A stretch of DNA of 64,000 bases from Sminthopsis crassicaudata (Eukaryota). The position numbers and the translations under genes were made by a program. A model generated the notes under the pieces. The model was not told the origin of the DNA. It saw only the letters and a list, made by a program, of their open reading frames with translations, and searched no databases. The DNA lies in contig NC_133622.1 in assembly GCF_048593235.1 (NCBI RefSeq), positions 251,538,055 through 251,602,054 on the forward strand, given 5' to 3'. Below, piece after piece: positions 46,101 through 58,011 of the stretch (position 1 is the first letter of the stretch; every line of letters begins with the position of its first letter).

Positions 46101-49100
46101 CCCAGGGAACTCGGGCAGGTGCTAAATACCCTATTGTATCATTTCACAAAAAGGAATAGAATATCAAACTGGGAGGGACCTTAGAACTTGGAACATGTGA
46201 ACTAGGAAAGACTTTAGAACCTGGAATTTTAGAGCTGGGAGAACATGGAATATCTGACCTACAGGGAGTTTAGAACATGGAATGTCAGAGATTGGAGAGG
46301 GATCTTAGAACATGCAATGTAGAATTTGGAATGTTAGAGTCGGGAGAGTTCTTGGAACATGGCATATCTGTCCTATAGAGAGCTTAGAACATGGAATAAC
46401 AAGAAGTAGGAGAGGAACCTTAGAATTTGGAATGTTAGAGCCAGAAAGGTCCTAGAACATGGAATGTCATGGAGCTTAGAATATCAGCACATGAAAATGT
46501 CAGAGTGTGGGGAGAGCGAGCCTTAGAACGATTTCCTCCCTTGTAAAAATGCAGTTTCTAATGTCAGTGCCATCAGCAGAGGGTCAGGGGAGATCACGGG
46601 CATGAAGGCCTGCAGGACTGAGATAAATAGATGAGGCTCCTCTGTCAGCAGTTCGACGTGCAGCCCGAACAGGCAGGCTTGGCAGGGACAAAGCCCAGAA
46701 GGAATTGGGGCTACAGGCCTGCTGGTTTCCTGGGCTTTAGAGCAGGATTATACTTGGAGAGCCCTCTAGGCCAATACATTTTCCAAATGGAGAAACTGAG
46801 ACCCTGAGAGAGGAAAGTCAAAGAATCAAGAAGTGGTAAGGGACCTCAGCTGAAGGGTGAAGGAAATCCCCACCATGGGGTCATATCCTTTGCTCCAACT
46901 TTATTTGCATAATTGCTTTCCAAATGGTTGTACCATTTCATAGGTCCACCAACAATATATTAGTATGCCTATCTTTCCACAACCTTTCCATTGTGTTTTA
47001 TTTCCAGAATAACCCAATGATTGCAGGTGTCAGAGAGGACTCTGTCCTATGTAGGGCCTCTCTTTCACCAGGTCCCTGATTATGTAGTCCATATTGATCT
47101 ATACCTGCTGGCCTAGAAAACTCCATTCTCCATACTGCCAGATACTAGCTGCCCCCAGGGATTCCTTCCTCTCTGGACAAGTAGAATTTTCAAGCACCAA
47201 CCCTGCCTCAGACCTCATCTGGTGTATTCCTTTTCATTGATCATCTCTTTTCACCCAAAGAAGCAGTCATCAGTGGAACCCCTACCATCTCCACAATAAG
47301 GCTGCTTCCTTTCCCTCGGTCTTTCAATGTTTTCCCCTCCTCTTCACCCACTCCCTATAGACTCCTCTCTTTCTGAGACCACAGAGGTCCCCTTCCCCTT
47401 ATTGCCAATCTTTGATTTGACCTGGTCCATCACTCCCTTCTCTTTATCCCCCTGCTCTCCTCCCCCTTTATGAACCCTCCCATGTTGTAATGTAGTCCCT
47501 CAAAAGCAGCATTCTCCCGGAGCGAGAGGTGTCTTCAGGTTCTGTCCATATTATGTCACTTCACTGATGCTCTATCAGATTTCTGTCCTCACCCGTGTCT
47601 CTTTGTGAACTTTTAGGAAGAAATCACTTTCTGGTCTCCCTATTATCACTATTGCTATTGTTTCCCTTGTCTGCTGTATTTATTCACCTTTTCTGCATTT
47701 CTATTTTTTGGGGCATTTGAGAACTCTCTTCAATTCTGTTTTTCTTTTCCTATAAATGTTTCAAGCTCTTCTTTATTAGTGAACTTTCATTTTTGGTTCT
47801 ACATGGTTAAGCTCAAGATTTGCAGGATAAGTCACTCTGGACTGCATCTTGAGCTCCTGTTCTTCAGAAAATGTTATTCCATTCTCTCCTTCTTTTCTAG
47901 TGGACGCAGAATAGTCTTGCTTTGTCCAAATACTTTTCCCTTTGTATTTGAAGTTTATACCCTTGTTTTTGTTTTTGTTTTTGTTTTTTTCTGGAGGCAA
48001 TCTAAATTCTTTCATTTGGAATTTTATTTTCTATGTTTAGAAGTTCTAGTGATTTTTTCAATTATTTATTTCATTATGGTGTTGAATTTTTATTGTCATG
48101 TTCTTCTGAGAAACTTATAATCCTTAGATTGCACATTCTATCTCTAAGATCCATAATTGTGTTTGCATGGTAAGCATTTTTTTCTTTTATTGTTCTTGGT
48201 TGTTTTTTTTTTTTTCTAGATTGACTTTTACTTTTATGTGTTTGCATTCCCATTCTGTTCTCTTTTGTTTCTTTGGTGAGGTTTGCCATTACGGGTCTAA
48301 TTTTCCTACTCTGTTCATTATTTTTGTTGGGCAGGCTCATAATTCTCATTTCTCTTTTAAACCACCTAAGAATAGCATGGTGTGGTTCCATGTTTTCAGC
48401 TTCCACAGTATCCATTGTTAAACCTTTTTTTCTTAATTTGGCAGTAGTTATTCACAGATGTCTGAACCCATTTATCTAGAGGCTGTTACTGTTTTTCTAT
48501 TTATCCGTTTATGTTCAAGGTCTTTGAGTTTTCTTCTTTCTGAGCTTTAGTACTTAGTGCTTTTCCCCCTTAATTTTCCTTATCACTTACTTCCTGACTC
48601 CTGCCCCTCTGATTATGTCCTTGGATCTCCTAGCCTTACTGACAGCTAGTGGGAGGTGACAGAGGGAAATTGAGCAAATTTAGTTCCTCAGTGATTGAAG
48701 GGTTTTTTTTTTTTTTTTTTAACATTCTTTTGAATTCTGGATGTCCCAGACCATGAAGACCCTTGATGTTGCTTCATCTTTGGTGCATAATTTCTATTTG
48801 TAGAGGTTTGAGAGATCCTGGGGATCCAAGAAAATATTTACCATCTTGTTGCTAATGTGACCCAGAATTAATGCTCACTGAATTTCCTTGGTTTTCTGGA
48901 CCAGGTTAGGTAAGAGTTTAGTAGACTAAGGGAAAGGAGATCATTTCAAGCATCAGGAGCAATTGTAGGCATTGAAGGCAGGGCCCTATACAAGGGCCAT
49001 GTAATGGGTAGAATGGAAGATTAGACAGGAAATATGGCAAATAGTGACTTGGAAGCAGCCTTGGGTTTACGAGTCAGGTACTGAGCTTCCGGCTTGGTGG

Positions 49101-49794
49101 CTTATTAGCCAAATGCCTTTCCTCCTAGTCCAGGGCTCTTTGCTAGTGCCCGGCACTGCCTGTAATGCTGCTAAGCTACATCCCGGAGCTCTTCCCTCTC
49201 TAACTGTGTCACTGCCTTCCCCAGGTGGAGAACGAGTCCAATGTGCTTCGGGATGGCTCCCTTATCGACCTGTGTGGGGCCACCCTCTTATGGCGCACTC
49301 CAGCTGGCCTCCTTCGGGCGCCCACCCTGAAGCAGCTGGAGGCCCAGAGGCAGGAAGCTAATGCGGCCCGTCCCCAGTGCCCCGTGGGGCTCAGCACCCT
49401 GGCTTTTCCCAGTCCAGCCCGAGGCCGAGATGTTCCCGACAAGCAGCAGCCATGGGTGTATGTACGCTGTGGTCACGTCCACGGCTACCACAGCTGGGGC
49501 TGCCGGCGGGAGCGGGGTCCACAGGAGCGTGAGTGCCCTCTGTGCCGCCTGGTGGGGCCCTATGTGCCCTTGTGGCTGGGCCAAGAGGCAGGGCTGTGTC
49601 TGGACCCTGGGCCCCCAAGCCATGCCTTTGCACCCTGTGGCCATGTTTGCTCCGAGAAGACGGCCCGCTATTGGGCCCAGACCCCGCTGCCCCACGGCAC
49701 CCATGCCTTCCATGCCGCCTGTCCCTTCTGTGGGGCCTGGCTTACAGGGGAGAATGGCTGTGTCCGCCTTATCTTCCAGGGCCCGCTGGACTAA
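39958..49794 (+). CDS. PELI3: E3 ubiquitin ligase Pellino 3 (FHA + RING-like), short-isoform model. join(39958..40112,41338..41467,41596..~41697[last ~4 nt in N-gap],43947..44141,45677..45865,49225..49794), ~446 aa
   Basis: KEPVKYGELIVLG-YNGSLASGDKGRRRSR, IGRSTENMIDFVVTDT, TTNGVLVMHP, C-terminal CGHVHG/CPLC/CGH/CPFC RING-like motif ending IFQGPLD*. Position between MRPL11 and DPP3. Confidence 0.97.
40276..40395 (-). mobile_element. MIR-type CORE-SINE in PELI3 intron after first coding exon
   Basis: cccattcactttacagaagggtaaactgaggcccaaagag...gtggcagagc...gaaccca. Confidence 0.75.
41338..41467 (+). CDS. PELI3: PELI3 coding exon 2
   Basis: ccacag| YNGSLASGDKGRRRSRLAL...TPLVSK |gtaagg; 130 nt. 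Confidence 0.96.
41596..41693 (+). CDS. PELI3: PELI3 coding exon 3 (3' end lost in N-gap)
   Basis: ccccag| ALSNRGQHSISYTLSRSHSVIVEYTHDNDTDMF then Ns. Confidence 0.93.
41694..42241. other. Gap cluster (362 N, 54-bp island, 132 N)
   Basis: N runs. Confidence 1.
42302..42447 (+). mobile_element. WSINE1-like SINE with 15-bp TSD
   Basis: TSD aaagaacagtagggg / aaagaatggtagggg. Confidence 0.9.
43947..44141 (+). CDS. PELI3: PELI3 coding exon 4
   Basis: tcacag| IGRSTENMIDFVVTDT...SNIFLG |gtgagt; 195 nt. Confidence 0.95.
44889..45033 (+). mobile_element. 5'-truncated WSINE1-like SINE with 17-bp TSD
   Basis: TSD aaagaagtcatttagcc (44872) / aaagaagtcatatagcc (45034). Confidence 0.9.
45677..45865 (+). 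CDS. PELI3: PELI3 coding exon 5
   Basis: taccag| ERAAKWRTPDGLMDGLTTNG...QQRGKL |gtaggg; 189 nt. Confidence 0.96.
46150..46530. repeat. Degenerate ~32-36-bp tandem array (tagaacatggaatgtcagagctgggagggacct-like), ~11 copies
   Basis: Recurrent ttagaac at 46181, 46214, 46270, 46305, 46384, 46420, 46452, 46523. Confidence 0.85.
47640..48900 (-). mobile_element. Old L1 fragment (ORF1 remnants) in PELI3 intron
   Basis: Degenerate ORF1-like peptides DLRDRMCNLRII and KQDYSASTRKE...SRVTYPANL. Confidence 0.65.
49225..49794 (+). CDS. PELI3: PELI3 last exon coding part (RING-like domain)
   Basis: ccccag| VENESNVLRDGSLIDLCGATLLWR...IFQGPLD TAA. Confidence 0.97.
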   Translation: MENESNVLRDGSLIDLCGATLLWRTPAGLLRAPTLKQLEAQRQEANAARPQCPVGLSTLAFPSPARGRDVPDKQQPWVYVRCGHVHGYHSWGCRRERGPQERECPLCRLVGPYVPLWLGQEAGLCLDPGPPSHAFAPCGHVCSEKTARYWAQTPLPHGTHAFHAACPFCGAWLTGENGCVRLIFQGPLD

Positions 49795-51274
49795 GGCAGG
49801 AGTGAGACTCTCCTGGCCCCAGACTGAGGTCCCCCAGCTCTGGGACCCAGGTCTCTTACCTCCTGCTGTATCAGATTGGAGAGAGGGGATGGCCGTCTGG
49901 GGCTGTCGTGCTGGGACTGAAAGACGTCTCTAGCTCTGGCTGCACTGACTGGTGATGTCTGTGAGATGAAGTGGTTCCCCCCGAGGACGTCTGCCTGGAT
50001 AGGCATTTAGACTGAGGGGGGTCCAGGTGGGGGAGGGACACAGATCCGATTCCCTGATCTGCATCAGCCTCCAGCAATGGCTCCCCTGGACTGGCCAAGG
50101 GGAGAGGTCTCTGTGGCTTCCCCCGCATTCACCATCTGGTGGACAAAGTCCCTGGCGCCCGGATTTTCCCTCTTGCTTCATCAGATCCAACGTCCAGGCT
50201 GCTCCCGGGGACGCCTCCGCCCCGCACGTCTCCCATCATGCCGTGTAACACTGTGCTCTGGCAGAAGGGAAGGAGGGAATCTGGGAGGGTGGCATCCCCT
50301 CCCCCCCGCCCTACCGTGCTGCTCACCCCTGGCAGAAGAGTCATCCTAGGCCTGAGCCCTTTGCCAGCTCCAGCTGCTCAGATTTCCTGCTGCTATTCCC
50401 CGGGTCTCTTTATAAACCTCACTGCTCGGCTGTCCTTCTCTGGTGTCCTTTGCTGATCATGGGGGGAGGGAGGGACCCAGAGAATGAAGCCAAATGAACC
50501 TCTCCCTGACCACCAGGAGGAGTGCTGGGAGATGGCGAATGAGAGCCATTTGAAAGGGAAGAATCATGGGGAAAGCCCAACCGGATAAGCCCTGAGCTCT
50601 AGAGCTGATCAGGAGTGGAAAGCCCCCCTTCTCTGCCCTCCCAGCATGCAGGGGCCCAGCCTGTCCTAGGTTACATGGTATGCACAAGGTCCACAATCAG
50701 CTCTGACACCTCTGGGTCCTTGATAGCTTCCCCAGGTATGTCTAAGTTGTGTGCCTGCATCTGGGGCTGTGACCTGGAAGAGACTCAAATTGCTAATCAA
50801 GAAAGAGAAAGACACGGGTCATCTCCCTACCAAGAGGAGAGTGATGGAGGCTTGGCTGAGAGATTTGAGTATCACGTGCAAGTTGTCTCTATGGGGCAAT
50901 AAGAAGCCTCTGCCCTGGTCCCTATCTTTGTGGAGCCCCCAGTGGAGGGAGGGAGCTGTGTTCAATACACACATAATCAGATAATCCCAACAGGCAACAG
51001 CAACACTGTTGCTGCTGATGTTTGTGCCTGTGCTGAGCAGCCCTAAAGATGTCCTTGTGGAACCGGGGGCAAGGTTGGTGAGGTGAGACTGGTGGGGAAG
51101 AGCTCAGAACATGGCCTCACAGTAGTAACAAAGGCCTCAGGATTCAACAAGTCTGCTGCTGGAGCTGAAGCACAATGGGGTTCAATAGGATCAGTGAGCT
51201 CATTGGCGAGCAGCTTCTGAGAGCAGTAAGCATGCCAGATGCCCACGTTTATTCTTGCTAAACCAGTTTCTAGT

Positions 51275-51510
51275 CTATTGTTGTTGTCCAGTCATTTAAG
51301 TTTTGTCTGGCCATGACCCCATTTGGGATTTTCTTGGCAAAGATACTGGAGTGCTTTGCCTTTTCCTTCTCTAGCTCATTTTACAAATGAGGAAACTGAG
51401 GCAAGTAGGATGAGTGACTTGCCCGGAGTCACACAGCTAGAAAGTATATGATGTCAGATGATTCTTTTTGACTCTGTATCCGCTGCAGCACCACCTAGCT
51501 GCCCATCTAT
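51275..51510 (-). mobile_element. MAR1-like CORE-SINE
   Basis: gaccccatttgggattttcttggcaaagatactggag...gaggaaactgaggc. Confidence 0.8.
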
Positions 51511-51949
51511 GCTGAGAATATATTCATAGTTCTCTAATCTTTCAGGTTTGAAAAGTTCCTTCCTCAGAACAGCTCTGTGAAACCGTGCAAATATGATTGC
51601 CCCATTTTATCAATAAACAGGCAGAGATACTTTCCCACAGTCTCCCAGCTGAGCATGTCAACATCAGGTCTTTCAACTCTGTCCTTTGCCCTTTCCACTA
51701 CGCAGTCCGCTTTGTTCTGTATAGGGCTAAACTGAGTTTCTTTTGCCTAATGCTACGAGGTCTGTCTTTTCATCTTATCCCCTGTGAGAGGCGGAAGAGT
51801 ATGATCACCCACATTTTTCAGATGGGCTATGAGCCAGGAAAGCTGAACCAAGGTCAGAACTAGAATCTGCCTCAGATGCGGATGGTGGGAGATTGTAGAG
51901 AGAGCTGGAGAGACTGGCCACGTGGGTGATGAGATCCAGAGAGATGCTG

Positions 51950-52190
51950 GGTTGCCTCTTAAGAAGATGGAGTGTAACAAGCATAAATGTAAGATCTGCT
52001 ACATGGGTTCAAATAATCAGCAACATAAGGACATGGAAGAAGAGGTATGACTAGAAAACAGTCCCCTGTAGGAAAGGTCTGGAGATTTTAGTGTCCTGAA
52101 AGCAGGAGAGCGTAACACTACCCTTCTCTGGACTGGCTGGAGCATTGTGGGGAAACATTGATGAGTGTGTCCAAGGGAGCCAGATGGGGA
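51950..52190 (+). mobile_element. L3/CR1-like fragment (a similar piece lies at ~53560-53870)
   Basis: CR1-like RT 3' text (aaatgtaag...tacatggg...ggatggctggataacagt). Confidence 0.4.
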
Positions 52191-53039
52191 AAGGACCAAA
52201 AGTCATGCAGAAAACATGAGGAGCTGCATAAAGGGCTGGGGATGGGGTGGGTGGAGTGATTGGACTTGCTCTGACTGACCCAAGAGCTGAAAGAAGAATG
52301 AGGCAAAAAAAAAATTATGCAGAGGCAGGTTCCAGCTCAAAGATTCCTAATAATTCCAATGCTCCCAGAGAGGGAGGGGCTGCTTCTGTGGCCAGAAGAT
52401 TCTTCTTCCCTGGAAGACGTCAGGCAGAATGGAGATCATTCTTAGATGTTCACCCAAATGCTTCTCAGGTCCTTTCCAGATCTATGATGTGATTGTATCC
52501 CTATTCCTGGTGCCTAGCACAGTTATTGCTACACAATAGGCACTTAATAAATGCTTGTCATATGAATGAATGTCTGAATAATGGCAATGACATTGGCTTC
52601 AGGTGGGTTAATTGATTGAGGGCAGTTTTTTTCTTCTATATATAGAAGTAAGAGCACAGAATTTGGAGTCAAAGATTCTGGGTTTACACTTTAGTTCTGC
52701 TGTGTATTTATGTAATCCTGGAGTAGTGACTGAACTTTCTGGAAGTCTCAGTTTGGTCATCTGTAAAATGGATAGTTAGGTTGCTATAGACAAGAATTTA
52801 TCAGTTCATGGCCAGCATCCTAGAGATGAACTTCTCCATTCTTATTTAGAAAGTAACCTCTAGCCTTTGACAGATTCATCTTCCAAAACCCCTCCAAGAT
52901 AATCCAATTTCCTGTGCTTGCACCCCATGGGCAGTGCAGGGTCACTCCCACATCATACATAATTTCATGAGCTTGCATTCTACACGCAGTGCAGCATTGC
53001 TCCTGCATCACACATAAGCATCAGAGGAAAATTGGGGGT

Positions 53040-53420
53040 CTGGATTTGAGTAGGAGGAGAGTGGGCCAGGTGCCATTGGAGTCTTGCAAAGTTCTTTTAA
53101 TGACCACAAACATCTTCCTGAAAGGAAGGCCTGTCTTTTTATTGGCAATATCTTTTGGAGGGGCAGTCCAGCTGCAAATCGTGAAGTGCCATGGTCTCTG
53201 AAGAGGTGAGATGTCAAAATCCCCCAAAGGTAATGGAGAGAGCTGGGCAGGGCACAAGCAGTGGCACTTGATAATACTGAAGCATAGAAGGAAGAGTAGT
53301 AGGTATGCTTTAAAACATGTAAGTGGCAAGAATAAGAGAGCCCCTGGACAGAGAGCACTCTACTGGTGTCTTCAAGACCTCAAGAGAACTCCTCGGCATT
53401 TTGAATGTGACACGGACACA
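53040..53420 (+). mobile_element. Degenerate RTE-clade LINE fragment
   Basis: Recognised by eye as an RT C-terminal remnant; not verified by search. Confidence 0.4.
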
Positions 53421-54094
53421 AGCTGTATAGGATTGTAAGGCTCATTAGTGATGGAGTTAGAGCCAGAAGGGATCTTAGGGGTCATCTGGTCCAAACTCCC
53501 TCATTTATAGATGAGGAAAAAGAGAACCTAAAAAGTAGAGTGGAGCACGAGCCTCAGTTTAGGGCAGTCATGAATTGTAGGAAGTATCCAAGAGAATGCT
53601 CAATTGGAAAATGAGATCCAAAGAAGACTAATGTAAAAAGATGAAATGTAATTAGAATAAATATAAAGCTTGAAACTTGAGTCCAAAAAATCAACCATAC
53701 AACTATGTGAGCTGGGATGTATGGCTGGATAACAGTTCCCCATGACCGAGATCTGATTTGCCCAAGCAAGTCATACCAGAACAGTGAAGAAGGAAATCAT
53801 AGGGGTAATGCTCTAGGGAGAAGAGAAGAGAATTGAAAGTCCAGTTGTTATTTTGATGATTTAAAAAAAAACAAGGGTGGGTTTAACAAAAGCAGCCTGG
53901 TAGAGTGAGTGGTAAGAGTCTGGGCCTGGAGTCAGGGTACTGAGTGTGAATCTTGCCTTTGCTACAGTGACCTTTGCTACTTTGGGTGAACTTGAGCCAA
54001 ACTCTTCTCTTCCCTAGGGGTTGGTTTTTCTTCTGCAGAATGAGGGGGCTGGACCAGAAGGTCCTCAGCTCCCATATTCATACTCCCATATTCA

Positions 54095-54545
54095 AATCCT
54101 ACCACCGGAATGGAATATTGTTCTACCAAAAAATGACAAACACACTGGTTTTAGAAAGGCCTGGGAAGATTTACCTGAACTGATGCTGAGAGAAACATGT
54201 AGAACCCAGAGTACATTGTACACAGTAACAGGAAGAATGTGCGATGATCAACTAGGAAAGGTTCAGATTGCAAAGGCAAGGATTGCTTGATCCAAAGCAA
54301 TCCCAAAAGGCTTTGGACAGAAAATGCCATCTGCATTCAGAAAAAGAACCATGGAGATTGAATGTAAATCAAATATGCTATGTTTACATCTTTTTTCTGG
54401 TTTTTTTTTTCCTCGTTTGTGGGTTTTTTTCCCCTTTTTTCTGAATTTCCTCTTCCAACATAACTCGTAAAGAAATGTGTATTTAAAAAAAATTAATGTA
54501 TAACCAAAAAAATAAAAATAATACAATTAAACAACAAAAATAAAT
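54095..54545 (+). mobile_element. Old L1 3' fragment
   Basis: ggcctgggaagatttacctgaactgatgctgag resembles the L1 ORF2 end; A-rich tail. Confidence 0.75.
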
Positions 54546-56494
54546 AAACCACGCCACAAGGGAGGGAGAGGAGGCCAAGGCTTCAAGGGAAAGGAATGAA
54601 AAGATGAGGGCCAGTCTCCTAGACCAAAACCCCAGAACAGGAATCTGGGCAGAAGTTGGGCTCTCTCAGCTCCTGGGCTGGTATCCTGTCCCCATTTCTG
54701 CATTGGACAATCATTTATTAAGCACTTACTGTTTAATACTTTAAAACCCCAATCCCTTCTGCTGGGATGCTCTCCCCCCTCATCTCTCCCATTGGCTTCC
54801 CTGGCTGCCTACAAATCCCAGCCAAATTCCCACGTTGTCCAGGAAACCTCTGGTGAGCCTCCTCACCGCCAGCACTTCCCTTAGAGTGTCTCGTTCGTGC
54901 ATAGTTTGCAGGCTGTCTCCCCTCATGAGATTGTGAGCTCCTCAAGAGCTACTTTTGGGTTTTCTTTATAATCTCAGGACTTAGCTCAGGGCCTGGCACA
55001 CAGTAGTTGCTTAATAAATGCTTACTGACCGACTGGGGACAGTGAGATAACTAGAACTCTTCTGTGAGGCAGATGCGTGGTACGTAGATAAACTGGATGC
55101 AACTTTAAATCAAAGGACACCTGTTGTAGTAAAATAACGTCCAGTGACGGCTGAGGGAGAAAAGCGTGAGGACTTCCTGGGTGGGGAGTGGGGGGGATGA
55201 TAGTGTAAGACACGGCCCCCTCCCCAATTCCCAGGGCTTGGATTCAGATCCCGCATCGGGCCCCTAGCCGTGCCACTGCCCTGAACCTCTTTCTCTAAAA
55301 TATCGGAGGAGGGCGTGGACTCATGATCCCCGAGTCCCTTTAAGGCTCTGCGAGTTTCCTTCGGTTCTGGCTTGTTAGGTCCTGACTGGAAGCGTGAGTC
55401 GGCTCACTTAGCAGGCTGGCTCGGTCCGCCTGCTGCCCCCTGGTGGCCATGGGAGCAGAGTGCAGGCTGCAGGGGCCGGGTCCAGCAGGTCTCCCCCACC
55501 CTGGCTGCCGTCTGTTTACAGAGGGCACTGAGCTCTGGGGAGAGCATGCTAATTAATTAATTAGCTCGAGATGCACCTTTGCATCTGCATCCTATTTTAC
55601 AGACGAGGACACTGAGGAGATTCACAAGAAATATAAGCAAGAAGCTCCCAGGGCCAGAGCCACAGAGGCCCACAAGCCCGGGACTCTCTGGGAGGCGGAG
55701 AAGATTCACTGCCACGTCCACCTCGGCGCCGGCTGGAGACCCTGGGAGGGAGCTCTGGGAACCAAGGAGAGAGAGGCCTCTGGGAAAGCTCCGGGGCCCA
55801 GGAAAGGAGACAATAAAGGACCCGGACTCCTGGCTGCCTTGGGGGGGTTATACTGAAGCGAAGCCAAGGCTGCCTCCAGAAGCTCCCAGAGAATGTATAA
55901 TTTAGAGCAGAGAGCGTTACCCCGGACCATCTCTCAGGTCCTTCTGCCCACCTCGGGTGGGGGCTGGGATAAGTCTGCAGGGTCACCCCCTGCCCAGGAT
56001 ACCCTCCTGGCTCCTTTCAGCGCTCAGCTCCAGGCCCGCCTCCTACAAGAAGCCTTTCCTGATTGCCTCGGCTCCCCATTTAACCCCCCCCTTAAGTTTG
56101 TCTTATGGGGTCACCGAGCTGAACGGATGCGGCTGAAGGCAAGGGCCCTCTGGGGCCCGTAATAGGCGTTCAGCAGAGCAGACCCGCGGTGCGGGGGCAG
56201 AGCGCAGGGCTCAGGAAGCCCTGAGTTCGAATCCAGCTTCAGACACTCACTAGGTGTGTCCCGGCAAGGGGGTCACGGAGGGGCGCACGGACTGAAAATT
56301 GCTCCACACTTGTCTCCCCGTATTAGGTTCCTCTCTAGCCGCAAGTATTAATTATGGCTCCAGCAGGGTCCATGACCCCGGAGAAGGTGAAGGGCCAACG
56401 GCTCATTTCTGGGAGCAGAAAGGCTTGCCCCACAAAGGTCCGAGCTCGGGTACCCCAGGAGACCAGGCTGGGAGCTCCCAGCGGGGCGCCGGCC

Positions 56495-56695
56495 TCGCGG
56501 GCCAATCCCCGGCAGCCCTGGCAGCACGTGCGGGAGGAGGCGGAGGGAGGAAAGAGGAGGGTGGGGCCTGGGGAAGGATCCGCGCGCTCATTGGTCTCTG
56601 GCCAAGCCGGTCATGACGAAGGCGGACGATGATTGGGCGGGAGGGGCGGGCGTCGCGCGGCCCCAATGAATGGGTACCGGAAGCAGGAAGTGAGT
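56495..56695 (+). promoter_or_regulatory. DPP3 TATA-less promoter: four CCAAT/ATTGG boxes, GC boxes, tandem ETS sites
   Basis: CCAAT 56502, ATTGG 56590 and 56632, CCAAT 56663; CCGGAAG-CAGGAAGT 56677-56691. Confidence 0.75.
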
Positions 56696-56727
56696 GAGGG
56701 AGTGAGGGAGAGAAGCAGCTGGTGCAG
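56680..56727 (+). other. DPP3: Probable non-coding first exon of DPP3 (start approximate)
   Basis: Follows CCAAT/GC/ETS cluster; donor gcag|gtgagg at 56727/56728. Confidence 0.75.
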
Positions 56728-57741
56728 GTGAGGGCACCCTGGCGGGGTGCTGCGGGCGCGGCGGGAGGGACAGCGCGGAGCGGGGAGAGGGCGGGTGCCG
56801 GGGACCCCCTGCGCTCCCCGGCCAGGATCCCCTAGCGCAGGAGGGGCTCCGATCGGAGCGGAGACAGGGAATGCCAAAAAACGCAGCCGCCCCGGGCCCC
56901 AGGGGACCCGCCCCCTGCCGGGGAAACTGAGGCCCGGAGGCGGCGCCGGGGCGGGAGCTGGGGGGCCCTTCCGCGTCCCCGTACGTGCTAGGGCACCGGG
57001 GAAGAAGGAACCTCGAAGGAGAGGCACGGATTCAGTCGGGGATCATTTATTAAGCGCCAACTGTGTGCCCGGCCTGCCTACTGTGCGATGTATGGAACAG
57101 CCCAGGCTTCCGGGTGCAGAGGGCGCGGGAGTGAGGAGGAGGAGCCTAAAGGAGCGCCCCTTCCTCCACCAGCCCTGCTCGGGGCTGCGATGCAGCCCTT
57201 GGTGCTGTCCCCTTGGGTGGCCCCCATCAGACAGGGGAATCCCAGAGAATTAAGGGGGCGGGCCAGTGGTCTGCGGCTGCAGCCCGTATCCCCAAAGACC
57301 CACAGCTAGACCCACTTAGTAACAGCCCCCCCCAGGCACTATGATCCCCTTTTACAGGTGAGGAAACTGAGGCAGAGTTTACAGTGGCTTGCCAAGAGTC
57401 ACACTGCATTTCTGACAAGGGGCCCCCGGCCGGCCCCTTCTGCTCCTTCTTAGGCCGTTTTTCCTTGTGTCCAACCAAACTTCCCATCCTTGCAGCTTTC
57501 CTGCACAGACATGTTCCTGTGTGTAACGTTCCCCCCACGTGGGCCCTGCTCGCCCCTCCTCTGGTTCCCTTCAAGGCCCGGCTCCAGGGTCACCTCCCAG
57601 GGGAGGCCTTCCTGAGCCCCCTCCTCCTTCCCCTCCCCGTCAGGCCGTGTGTGCGGGCGCGCTCCCGTGCGGGCTCCCAGAGTCCGACACTTGGAGCGCT
57701 TTCATGACTGACTTCTGCCCCCCCCCCCCCAGGCAGACAGG

Positions 57742-58011
57742 ATGGCGGACCCCCAGTACATCCTCCCCAATGACATCGGCGTGGCCAGCCTCGACTGCCG
57801 GGAGGCCTTTGGCCTGCTGTCCCCCACGGAGCGGCTCTACGCGCACCACCTGTCGCGGGCCGCCTGGTACGGGGGCCTGGTCGTGTTACTGCAGACGTCC
57901 CCCGAGGCCCCCCACATCTACGCTCTCCTAAGCCGCCTCTTCCGGGCTCAGGACCCTGAGCAGCTCAAAGAGTGCGCCCTGAAGGAGGGGCTCACGGAAG
58001 ACGAATACCAG
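57742..58011 (+). CDS. DPP3: DPP3 coding exon 1
   Basis: ATG..EDEYQ |gtctgc; 270 nt. Confidence 0.96.
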
